A stretch of DNA of 64,000 bases from Antedon mediterranea. Lineage: Eukaryota > Animalia > Echinodermata. The notes under the pieces are model-generated. The model was given only the letters and a program-made list of their open reading frames with translations, was not told the origin of the DNA and ran no database searches. Position numbers and translations under genes: made by a program. The stretch covers positions 2,170,001 to 2,234,000 of the forward strand of contig NC_092672.1 of the NCBI RefSeq assembly GCF_964355755.1, written 5' to 3'. This document shows, in pieces, positions 1-11,744 of the stretch (position 1 is the stretch's first letter; every line of letters begins with the position of its first letter).

Positions 1-936
1 GGCCAAGTAATCTAAGCCTAGTTAATAAGTGCGGGACCAAGAAACTAGGCCTACTCAGCTTCTCAAATTAAGAAAAAAACAATTTCACTAAACACTACGA
101 ATTCCCTACCGTTGATAGAAGCCTCTGTCCTTTTCCGTTTTCTAATGTCTACCTATAACTTTAATGTATCGTCTTTAGACATTTCCAAAATAAATGACTA
201 TTGATTATATAAAGCAAGTCTTTGTATAAAACCTTCTATACAAATTCAATTAAAACTGCTAGGCTAATCGATATCTAGGTTTAAATCATAATACAGACTG
301 TCTCATGCGTCGTCTGTATTTTATCCTGCACTCCTAACGTTTTGGTAGGGCCTAAGTTTAATTTTTGTTTAAGGGTTCACAAAAAGCCAAGACTGTCATT
401 ATTCAAAACTCGTATTTATTTGGTTTTAAGAAGTTAGGTTGAAATAACGTTCTATTATACAACCGTGTAGGCCAACAATTTTTAGGAATTAAATATTGAA
501 AAGGTAACCTCGAAAATTCGTATCATTGTTCCAGATATACAAAAGGTGCTACAGGCCTATTATAATGAACCCGACATAATCAAAATAACAATGCAGGTCA
601 CGTACGTATGACTGGCAGACAGGAATTTGATTCTTTCAATGGATGTAACACTGTACTTAATGCACGCAATATAAATTGAAATTATAGGCATATAAGAATA
701 TATCTTTATTTATTTTATTTAATCATATAACAAGATATAAACTCAGGATTTACAAAAACAAAAAGAATAAAAAATTAAACAAACTATAAGCAATATACAG
801 CTGAAATTAAAAAAAATAATGCTTCTTTTTATTATAGAATAATATACATTTTGTTGAAAAGGTTTAAAATAATACACGAGAAGACCGATACGAGAGAGAA
901 CCCTATTCCAAAGGTTTGTTGCAGACGTCATACCAT

Positions 937-2765
937 TAGACCATACTCTTTACTTTACTCTTTAGAACATACTCTTTACTTTACTCTTTCGACCATACTA
1001 TTTACTTTACTCTTTAGAACATACTCTTTACTTTACTCTTTAGACCATACTCTTTACTTTACTCTTTAGATCATACTCTTTACTTTACTCTTTAGACCAT
1101 ACTATTTACTTTACTCTTTAGACCATACTATTTACTTTACTCTTTAGAACATACTATTTACTTTACTCTTTAGAACATACTCTTTACTTTACTCTTTAGA
1201 CCATACTATTTACTTTACTCTTTAGACCATACTATTTACTTTACTCTTTAGATCATACTATTTACTTTACTCTTTAGACCATACTATTTACTTTACTCTT
1301 TAGATCATACTATTTACTTTACTCTTTAGACCATACTATTTACTTTACTCTTTAGATCATACTATTTACTTTACTCTTTAGACCATACTATTTACTTTAC
1401 TCTTTAGACCATACTGTTTACTTTACTCTTTAGACCATACTATTTACTTTACTCTTTAGACCATACTCTTTACTTTACTCTTTATATCATACTATTTACT
1501 TTACTCTTTAGACCATACTCTTTACTTTACTCTTTAGATCATACTATTTACTTTACTCTTTAGACCATACTATTTACTTTACTCTTTAGATCATACTCTT
1601 TACTTTACTCTTTAGACCATACTATTTACTTTACTCTTTAGAACATACTATTTACTTTACTCTTTAGACCATACTCTTTACTTTACTCTTTAGATCATAC
1701 TCTTTACTTTACTCTTTAGATCATACTATTTACTTTACTCTTTAGATCATACTCTTTACTTTACTCTTTAGACCATACTATTTACTTTACTCTTTAGAAC
1801 ATACTCTTTACTTTACTCTTTAGATCATACTATTTACTTTACTCTTTAGACCATACTCTTTACTTTACTCTTTAGATCATACTCTTTACTTTACTCTTTA
1901 GACCATACTATTTACTTTACTCTTTAGACCATACTCTTTACTTTACTCTTTAGATCATACTATTTACTTTACTCTTTAGACCATACTCTTTACTTTACTC
2001 TTTAGATCATACTCTTTACTTTACTCTTTAGACCATACTCTTTACTTTACTCTTTAGATCATACTCTTTACTTTACTCTTTAGACCATACTATTTACTTT
2101 ACTCTTTAGAACATACTCTTTACTTTACTCTTTAGATCATACTATTTACTTTACTCTTTAGACCATACTATTTACTTTACTCTTTAGAACATACTCTTTA
2201 CTTTACTCTTTAGACCATACTATTTACTTTACTCTTTAGAACATACTATTTACTTTACTCTTTAGAACATACTCTTTACTTTACTCTTTAGACCATACTC
2301 TTTACTTTACTCTTTAGAACATACTATTTACTTTACTCTTTAGAACATACTCTTTACTTTACTCTTTAGAACATACTCTTTACTTTACTCTTTAGACCAT
2401 ACTCTTTACTTTACTCTTTAGAACATACTATTTACTTTACTCTTTAGAACATACTCTTTACTTTACTCTTTAGAACATACTCTTTACTTTACTCTTTAGA
2501 ACATACTATTTACTTTACTCTATAGAACATACTCTTTACTTTACTCTTTAGACCATACTATTTACTTTACTCTTTAGACCATACTGTTTACTCTTTACTA
2601 TACTCTTTAGACCATACTGTTTACTTTACTCTTTAGACCATACTGTTTACTCTTTACTATACTCTTCAGACCATACTATTTACTCTTTACTTTAGTCTTT
2701 AAACCATACTATTTACTCTTTACTTTACTCTTTTGACCATACTATTTACTTTACTCTTTAGAACA
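937..2765. repeat. 26-bp tandem minisatellite, roughly 70 copies (TAGA[C/A/T]CATACT[C/A]TTTACTTTACTCTT)
   Basis: Directly visible tandem units. Variation is almost confined to two positions, with degenerate units at the right end. Confidence 0.97.
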
Positions 2766-2974
2766 TACTGTTTCTTTACTCTCTCTGTACTGTAAATTGT
2801 TTGTCTTTGCAAGATAGGATATTAAAATGCATTTAAAATACATTAAAAATACGAAAAACAAACATACAAAAAATTGCATTTAAAATACCGAATTAAAAGT
2901 TTTAGTGTATAAGCCCTATTACAATACACTTAAAATGTACTACTTATGGGAATTATGAAGAGATAATTCCAAGA

Positions 2975-5334
2975 TTATATCAAATTGAAATCCTGCTGAA
3001 TGGGAACATTTGACACTGTTTTGACAGAATGTTGAATCACACTCAAGTGATTCCTGGCAAGTGTGGATTGCCTCTTCCATCGTTCCAAATTCAGACTACA
3101 CAAGGATTGATGTTCTTCTAATCTGTATCCCAAAGAAATAGGCATTTGTTTGTGTGCAAGAAGTTTGGGAATTGGTTTACGTTGAAAAACATTGGACGTG
3201 TTTAGTGGTGATTTTTCATACAATGGAACAGGTACTTTTATCCTAATGGTAGGCCTATTCATCTGTGACATAAGACGGTGGCGATGATCCGTGGTCGCGT
3301 TACGGGCAAAAGAAGTGGTGTTGGTTCGTATGCTAGGCCTGTGCATTCCAATATATTGTGTTTGGGAAAGTGGTGGTATTTGTCGTAGACCTATTGGTAG
3401 TTGTCCTAACTGTATTGCTGCAGCTGCTAACTGTGAATCTGGTATTTGCAGATGTGGTGCTGGTATTTGTAGATGTGGTGCTGGTATTTGTAGATGTGGT
3501 GCTGGTAATTGTAAATGTGGTGCTGGTATCTTAAGATTTGCCGTTTGAAATGGTAGCTGTGGTGCTGATTGTGGTACTAATATTGATATATGTGGTGCTA
3601 TTTGTGGTTCTGGTATCTGTATACGTGCTGGTGTTTGTAGATTTGTTATTTGTATTGGTAACTGTGGTGCTGATTGTGGTACTGCTACAGGTACCTGTGG
3701 TACTATTTGTGGTGCTGCTATTGGTATATTATTAGGTATCAATTGTTGAACTGGTATTGTTAGCCGTGCTTCTGGTTGTAAACAATCACCCCGGACTTTA
3801 TTTCTAAGTTGTTGAATATCCGATGTTTGATTACGTTTAGGAATGGGTGGTGGCAGTATGAAGGTACTTGGTTGTATATTCACACCACGTTGTCCAGATG
3901 TGGACGGTGTGTCGGATGAGGTATTACATTTTTTATCAATTTGATTAGTAGGTTGCAGCATATTGTTTTGTAAAATACCGCTACTGTTTAACTTGGCTAA
4001 TGAAGCAAGACGCATAAGTCTCCCCGAATAAAGCGTCGAACTATCCTCCTCAGAGTTAGTTAAACCTTTAACACGATCTTTACCACGGGAGGTCAGATTG
4101 GTATTTGTCTGTCTAAGATTTGCATTATCGGGAAGGCTTATTGGTGCAGGAACAGTTTCTACGTTTGGTAATCTGTTGGAAACATCTATTGTTACTTGTT
4201 TTCTTTGCGTACAACCTTCCATAACATGTCGAAGGTAAACATCATAAGATGTATAACTTGTGTTACATATCCAACATTTGAATATTTTGACAGATTCTTC
4301 TGTTTCCATCAATCCATTCAGCTCAGAAAAGTCTTTGAGATTTGAAATTGATTGATCAAGCTTTCTTTGTTTAAATGAACAGTTATCCACAGGAATACCT
4401 ACATAACTGTGTTTTAGACCTGTAGATTTATACACTGGTTGTCTGTCAGAAATTTTACCTTCGAATGCCTTCTTCACTTGCAGGTCTAAAGGTTCTGCAG
4501 GTCTGCATGTCATTGAACTTTGCTTGTGTGGAGATATAGAAACATGTGTGAACAAATGATCACGATTACCGGTAACGATGTTATCATTGGGTTTGCTGAT
4601 GTCTAATTGTTCTGGGTTTTCCACAATAATTAATTCGTTGCCTTCACTGTTTCCTTCAGTGGTTTCTATAACATGATTATTCACATTAATATCAGCCTCG
4701 TTTTCAGCCTTTTCGTCAACATCATTCAATACTTTAAACTCACAAGTACAATTGCTAATCAATTTATTTTCTTTTCTTATACTCATATCAATGGCGTGTT
4801 CGGAGATTTGGAGTTCAAAGCTGTTATCTGCATGTTGATTTGTTTTCAAATGTTCTGTAGGGATGGTATAGGCACTGGTGTCACAATATGTACATTCTGT
4901 ACTTGAATCATATGCATCTTGCGGCCTATCGTTATTACTAGAATCTGGTTCTGATACGTTGGTTATGTCTTCGTCTGAACAGTATATTATATCTGTTGAA
5001 TCTCCTCGGTTTTGAAATTCCAGTTTTAATTCTTCAGGAATTTCTAAAGGAGAAAATTAACATGACGTGTAAACAAAACTACTGTTGTTTTGTCAATGAG
5101 ATAGGTCATCTAATACGTAAAGTAACTTTTTGATGAAACTTATATTAGACCAGTTTAGTTAAATCAGATAGACTTTTAAATTAAAAAGACAAATTAAGAC
5201 ATAACGTTACCTAAACGTTGAAGTTTTACGTAGCACTTGAGAACCTTGCAAGCAGGTTGTTCTCTTAGAATGTCCACATCCATTTCTTGACTATCATGGC
5301 AGTTTGTGTCCATCTTATGACTTGCCATAACCAT
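2975..5334 (-). CDS. Uncharacterised CCHC zinc-finger, Pro/Gln-rich protein (about 713-730 aa, two coding exons)
   Basis: The 624-aa ORF stays open up to an acceptor TTCTCCTTTAG at 5043 (exon 5043-2975). An upstream exon ends at 5211 with donor GTAACG, phases match (G+AA=Glu), and it encodes MDVDILREQPACKVLKCYVKLQRL. In-frame ATGs lie at 5334, 5328, 5313 and 5283, so the start is uncertain. Finger CWICNTSYTSYDVYLRHVMEGC, a PLDL motif and (PAPHLQI)n repeats. Confidence 0.8.
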
Positions 5335-5780
5335 AATATATTTGATCCCAGAGTTCAATAGATTCTGCTACGAATTTACCTGAAGGTAAACAATTTTCCA
5401 ACTGAACGATAGAAAATAATCATGTAAGCTATGACTGGGAAACAACTTACTTAATTGTCCGCATGTTTTTTAATGGCCCATAGGCTATAGACAGACCTGC
5501 TGACAACAAAAAGGACTGTTATGGTGTATAAGTTTATTAAACAGTTTATTATAAACGTGATTCCAAGTGTGAAAAGCATTTCATACACAAGCTTGTCATG
5601 CTTCAGTTAAGATATTTTAGGTCAAAAATGCGGTTTTCTATAAACCTTTTCAGAAATAGAAATTGGAAATACAATTGTGAAAAAAGTGTTATAGGCCTAC
5701 CATAGACTATTGACTATTGACCTTAATATATAACCATTTCTAGTAAGAACTATAAAATAAGGTGTGTGTGAGTGCATTTT
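5320..5780 (+). repeat. Local segmental duplication, copy 1 (5' region of the zinc-finger gene)
   Basis: Near-identical to about 7909-8430 (ACTTGCCATAACCATAATATA ... GTGTGAGTGCATTTTT) apart from several indels. Confidence 0.9.
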
Positions 5781-6077
5781 TTTTGGTCTTTGTACAACCT
5801 TAAAAGATAGTTATTTAGATGCAAACTTGTCAATACATGTAAAAAGAGTAAGTTACACTTATATTCCAGTTAAATGTTCCCATGTTAAATGATACAAAAA
5901 CAAGAATTGTAATGTGTTTAATACATATTATTACTGGAGAGGCATGCATTACGGGTTATCAGCACAGAGATGTTAATATTATGGACAAAATGAAGTTTGT
6001 TCTGTTTACGATTACACTGCATCCGTTTTTATATTATATTTCTATATTATACATAGTCATACTGGTTCTTATTTAAG

Positions 6078-6400
6078 ACTAATGTTAGGCATGCCGGCAG
6101 GATCAAATACATTCAGATATTGTTCAACACTAATGTTAAGCATGCCGGCAGGATCAAATACATTCAGATATTGTTCAATATACAGGGAAGTTGGGGCAAT
6201 AGTTAGATTCTGAGATTGAAAATAATGCGGATCTGTTATGCAACTATTTGAAATTATCAATGTGTAGATTGGACTACCGTATCTATAGGCCTAACATCAA
6301 ATATGCACCACTCATCCATGGATAGATTGGACTAACGTATCTATAGGCCTAACATCAAATATGCACCACTCATCCACAGGTAGATTGCACTAACTTATCT
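6078..6400. repeat. Two short tandem duplications (51-bp x2 and about 58-bp x2.5)
   Basis: CTAATGTTA(G/A)GCATGCCGGCAGGATCAAATACATTCAGATATTGTTCAA occurs twice. TAGATTGGACTA...ATATGCACCACTCATCCA occurs twice plus a partial copy. Confidence 0.85.
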
Positions 6401-6587
6401 ATAAGTCTAATTTTAAAAGGATTAATTAATCTGATAATTTGTTTATTAGATAACAATCTCAATAAATGGAAGCAGGGAAGAGTCACTCTTTCCTGATGAA
6501 AGTAAATACCAAAGGTAAACATTAAACTTTGACACGAACTTAATGGCTTGGAGTAAGTAACACCTTGCACGTCCGTTCACACGATGG

Positions 6588-6596
6588 CTATAAATT
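6588..6596 (+). promoter_or_regulatory. Candidate TATA box of the antistasin-like gene
   Basis: CTATAAATT about 80 bp upstream of the ATG at 6669, with an Inr-like TCAGTT about 25 bp downstream. Confidence 0.6.
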
Positions 6597-6668
6597 GCAG
6601 ACACACATCGTTCAGTTGTCTTTCCAAAGTTGTCTTGCTACAATCAAGTGTTCGTGTTTGACAAGAAG

Positions 6669-9600
6669 ATGAAGTTCATTTCAACAATCCTCGTCGTCGT
6701 GTTGTTTTCGTTAGTCTCAGGTAAGAACGTGTTCTACTAGGCCTAAATCTTCTGAAAGGGTAGGCCTACTCCAGGTATACAGTTTCTATTGTTAACAACA
6801 TTGATAACTGTTTTGTCATAGTTAAAGCAGAACAGGTGTTGTAAAGAAGTAAGCCCCCCACATCCTCTTTTTTGGTGTTAAGAGGATTTTTTCTGAATGT
6901 TCTAAGATAGTAATTTTACTATTCCAATGACTTATACACGTTAATCAGATATATTTCTAATACTAAATAGTATTTTCTTGTGTAAATTTAATTGTTCTTT
7001 CGATTTATATACATTTTTTCTAGAAAAAATCAGTCAAGTTTATGAATATCTTATAACATTAGACATTTGGGGTTTTTTCACGACGCTCGTGTTTAGTGAT
7101 AGCAATTGATATTGCATGTAATCAACAATCCATTTTGTTTCAGATGAGAAATAAGTTCAGTCGCATCATTAATTCTATTATTTATAATCATATCTCTTAT
7201 TGTTTTAAATTACATTCTTTAACATGTTTTATTTTTTATAACAGGAAGCGAAGAGGGAGAATGCGAGAAGGTTAAATGTAAAATGACTTGTGAATTTGGT
7301 TATAAAATTGACGAAAATGGATGCGAATATTGTGAATGTAATGGTAGGTACATTCCTTTAGGAAATTAGTTACCAATTAAATAATTACGTTCAGTTCTCG
7401 TAATTTACTATTTTATAAAATTTGTCATAATGGTCTTTGCTTCGCTCCACTGGCAGTGACAATGGCACGGCTGCCAAGAAGGATACAATGGCTAAGTGTC
7501 TGTCAATGTCATGATTTATACAAAATGATAATAATATTCATCAATGGTTTTTTTTTCAATTTTATTAAACCAGAGAATGAATTAAATGTACACACACATG
7601 TTGCATTGCGTTGGTTGTCTTACCGTTTGTAGGCCTTAGTAAAGTGAACGACCGTTTGTAGGCCTTAGTAAAGTGAACGGAGAGAGTGCCTCGTTATGTT
7701 GCTCGAGTTTAATTCGAGCTTATGGTACTCATTTACTCGAGTTTAAGGTACTCATTAACCGAGTTTGGTACGTATTACTCGAGCTTGCAAATTTGTTTTC
7801 CAGGGGGGCCAGTCTGTCCGGATGTAATGTGTTTGGTGCACTGTGAGTATGGACAAGTAAAAGACGAGAACGGTTGTGCCACGTGTTCCTGCAAAAGTAA
7901 GCCTAGTTACTTGCCATAACCATAATATACTGCATTAAATTTGATCCCAGAGGTCAATAGATTTTGCTACGAATTTATTATTATAACGGTCCTGAAGGTA
8001 AAGTTGAGAATCAGTGGTACCACCATTTATTGTTCAAACAATTTTCCAACTGAACGATAGACAAAAATCATGTAAGCTATGACTGGGAAACAACTTACTT
8101 AATTGTCCGCATGTTTTTTAATGGCCCATAGGCTATAGACAGACCTGCTGACGACAAAAAGGACTGTTATGGTGTATAAGTCTATTGAACATTATTATAA
8201 ACGTGATTTCAAGTGTGAAAAGCATTTCATACAAAAGCTCGTCATGCTTCAGTTAAGATTTTAGGTCAAAAATGCGGTTTTCTATAAACCTTTTCAGAAA
8301 TATAAATTTGAAATACAATTGTAAAAAAGTGGCATAGGCCTACCATTGACTATTGACTATTTTTACCTTATATATAACCCGTTTCTAGTAAGAACTATAA
8401 AATAAGGTGTGTGTGTGTGAGTGCATTTTTATGGTTTAGTGATAGCATTTGTCCATACTGTGAGTATGGACAAGTAAAAGACGAGAACGTTTGTGACACG
8501 TGTTCCTGCAAAAGTAAGCCTAGTTAGAATATTTTGTTTTTACTTTGTTGAAATGTGTTTTTCGTTCTAAAGCTTAGTTCTCACTAATGACGCAACCTAT
8601 TCAACGTAAGAAAATGCCCTTCCGATAATCGTGTTTGCCCCCCCCCCCCCGCCTGCGTGAAATCAAACCTGCAAATTTAGCAGCACTGTTACGTCGTCGG
8701 TTCCCACTTGTGTTACGCAATACGGCACTTTGCGTTGATACGTCGTTGCGTTACATGGCGTTGCTTGTGGGAACTACGCTTAAGAGGCTTGTAAAGCGTG
8801 GTTCCCACACGCAACGCAAGTGAATTGACCAATCACAAGCGATGGCTTATTCGCTTGTGATGATTACTAACTGTCTATAACTTCGCTTGTCATTGGTCAA
8901 CACGCTTACGTTGCGTTTACGTCCTTGTGTTACGTTCTAGTGGGAACCAAGCTTAATCGCTATTCAAGTTTTTACTCGTCGTCACTTGTCTGAGTCGTTT
9001 ACTAAAGTTTGTAATTATTCGTTAATAAAGTTTGTTACATTTTTTTCTTTAATTCAGAGAACCCAGTGTGTCCAGATGTAATGTGTTTGATATACTGTGA
9101 CCATGGATACAAAGTGGACGAGAACGGTTGTGATACGTGTACCTGCAAAAGTAGTTATCATTTTATAATCATAACGATAAACAAAATTATGACACCGATG
9201 TGTGTATGAGTTGTTTCACAAGTATCAATAATAATACTAATATTTCTTTCATGCAGAAAATCCAATCTGCGAAGATGTAATGTGTTTGATGTACTGTGAC
9301 CATGGATACGTTACGGACGTAAACGGCTGTGATACGTGCATCTGTAAACGTAGGCTCTATTAACGATTCAGTTCTTCTGGGCGTACGCAGAATGTATTAT
9401 TCACACGATACAACTGCGTCACCAAATTCAATGGTCGCTATGACAATGATTTGGAGAACTCATGATTACATCCTCTATTTTAACTAGAGAATACTGTGAT
9501 TAATTCTTCTCTATAATGTATTTTAGATATAGCAATACTATACATTATTTACTTAAAGATGTATTGTCCCCCAAAAACATGAAAAATGAAGATTAATTAA

Positions 9601-11043
9601 ATCAGACTTGAATATGTTATTTTGTAGTTTTAATAAAGTTAATCACTTAACAAAATGATTTCACTTATAAAATGACAAAATAAATGGTTAAATTGAACCA
9701 AAAACTCATTGGCTGGCAGCCAATTTGACAATTTGTTGCTATAAATTACAGATTTTTCAGGTAAATACATTTTTTTTTCGATCCAATTTTGGTCAAAGTG
9801 GAAATTAAAATTGCATATTCAACAAAAATTTGTTTAAGAATTATTTCAGGGGGACAATACATCTTTAATTAAACAAAATAAAATTATTTAAAATATCCAT
9901 TTCTTATAGCAAACCCTCTGTGTCCAGAGGTGATGTGCATGGTGTATTGCAAACATGGACACATATTTGACAAGAATGGCTGTAAGACATGTACCTGTAT
10001 CGGTAGGTTGTTTATACACAATTACGAATCATTTATTAATTAATCGCAAAATTGTCAACAGCATTCCGATGCAAAATAATTCCGAAGGTAAACGGTAGTT
10101 ATAGAAAATTGTGGCTTAGAATGTTGTCCTAGTAATAAACAAATAAGTTGGAATATCTAGATTCCCATGTCTCATTGGTTTTCTCAACAGAGGAGCCAAA
10201 AGAAGTTGAGACGCGTGGCATAGGAGTAGAGAAGCGTGCCATAGTAGGCAAGGGACGAAGATGTCCAGATTTCAGCTGCCTGATGTTCTGTGACAATGGC
10301 TTTCAGACGGACAGCTTTGGTTGTGATATCTGCAGATGTAAAGGTATAAAGTTAAAATATTGTTCCTCTTGTAACATTTTGGCACCTATAACGTATCATA
10401 ACTATACTGAAAATTATCAAAGCGCCCGCTGTTGTTTTATGTTTAGGCCTATTATATTTATTTATTTTTTTTTTTTTTTGCAGTTTAATAATGAAGAATA
10501 CGTACGGAGCCAAGACTTTGTTTATTTCTTTTGTCATTTCCAGTTTTTAAAGATAATTACCCAGACTTATTAATTAATTAATAAATAATAATGAAATGTA
10601 TTTTTGTTGAACAACAATATTTTGATTATATAGAATATATAAAATGACAATTAAAGTAAAATCAAAATGAAAATAAGAAACTTTGCATTTTGCTTCATTT
10701 GTATGGTAAAAGCATTGCGCTGATCGATTTATCCAATCGATGTGGATGAGAGTGGATGAACCCAACATTTGGCATGCCGAAAAAGGCTGTTAAATGACGT
10801 CATAACATTCCACCATCTTGTATATCAACAATAACATACCGGACTTAGTGAATGTTATGATATGGACTTATATTGACTATACAGTACTAGCAAGTAAGCA
10901 CAATGGACTTATCTAACTATAATGACTATACTTGCAAGTTAGCATAATTTATCGTGAACAGTAGGCCTAATAGGTTGATATTTTTGTTTATTATAGACAA
11001 ACAAATCCCAAAAAGCAGACTATATCCTAGAGGCCTGATGTAA
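6669..11043 (+). CDS. Secreted antistasin-family (I15) serine protease inhibitor with six domains, 240 aa, 8 exons
   Basis: Exons 6669-6720 (signal peptide MKFISTILVVVLFSLVSG), 7245-7343, 7804-7896, 9058-9150, 9257-9349, 9910-10002, 10191-10343 and 10997-11043. All introns are GT-AG phase 1. Each internal exon encodes C-x4-C-x3-C-x2-G-x6-G-C-x2-C-x-C. Total 723 nt, in frame to TAA. Confidence 0.92.
7909..8430 (+). repeat. Local segmental duplication, copy 2 (inside antistasin intron 3)
   Basis: Direct-orientation copy of 5320-5780 carrying extra internal blocks. Confidence 0.9.
8446..8513 (+). pseudogene. Antistasin pseudoexon (decayed duplicate of exon 3)
   Basis: Reads CP-YCEYGQVKDENVCDTCSCK followed by the same donor GTAAGCCTAGTTA as exon 3. 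It lacks the 18 nt of the DVMCLx loop, and the 68-nt length from the nearest AG would shift the frame. Confidence 0.75.
8569..8955. mobile_element. Composite MITE(s) of the AGC(T/G)TGGTTCCCACTAG TIR family (PIF/Harbinger-like)
   Basis: Ends AAGCTTAGTTCTCACTA ... TAGTGGGAACCAAGCTT with a second left end near 8793 and ACGCA-rich subterminal repeats. Related copies near 34475-34620, 36975-37185 and 40445-40565, with remnants near 13795 and 20220. Confidence 0.75.
9557..9864. mobile_element. MITE with TTAA target duplication (Kolobok-like)
   Basis: TTAA|AGATGTATTGTCCCCC ... GGGGGACAATACATCT|TTAA. Purine termini with a TTAA TSD are typical of Kolobok. A partial copy lies near 41245-41463. Confidence 0.8.
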
Positions 11044-11744
11044 TGAATTCGTCACAATAAGCACCGGTTTCCTACCCAATGCATATTCTTGTATGGGTGG
11101 TCGGTTTAGAGGTTACTTTTTGACGCGACCCGGGTACACATTCAAATACAAACGTACGGTCTGGATTAGACATGGTACAGTATTATTAAAAGTATTTGTA
11201 TCTTTAAGATTAATATTAAAACGTAAGTGTGAATCGTGTGACATTTCTGGACTCGCCACTTTGCTCTTGTGTGTGTATGACGACGACGACACGGGAACGA
11301 GAATGACGACACGACGAGTGACAATCAGCGGAAAACGTTGACGACTACTCGTGACAAGAAAAAACGTTGATGAATCCACCATCAACGACGACAACACAGT
11401 GCATCACAGACGACGATAGAAATGGTGTATTGCCGTTGAATAAACTAGACACACCCGTTTAACACACACAAACGTCTAAAACATAGACATGTATATAGGT
11501 CTAACAAACAGTTTTAAAGCCGGAAAAAAAAAGTATTATCATTCAGTATTATACTGACGTAGAAGTTTCAATGGAAACATACAAGAGAGAAAAATTATAG
11601 CATTATTATGTGTGAATAAAGTTTACTATTTTTGCGTTGCTCATTAGAATATTATAGACTACAAGCAAGGAAATGAGAGTCAATACACAATAAAAGATAG
11701 TAATTTAAAATAGAATATTGGCATTATGGGTTTATGTGAATAAG

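Noticed and set aside
937-2765. CRISPR-like periodicity (also 11745-12420 and 49095-49412)
   Set aside because: Head-to-tail units without unique spacers, no cas genes, and a eukaryotic context.
3291-3548. Plus-strand ORF with (CRCGAGI)n resembling a metallothionein
   Set aside because: It is the antisense reading of the 21-nt coding repeat in the zinc-finger gene and has no independent gene structure.
11020-11043. Tachykinin-like C-terminus LYPRGLM of the antistasin protein
   Set aside because: It lacks the Phe of FxGLM, the amidating Gly and a dibasic site before it, so it is likely coincidental.
11093-11397. Overlapping short ORFs after the antistasin stop
   Set aside because: GAC-rich low-complexity 3' UTR sequence before AATAAA at about 11439, with no recognisable protein.
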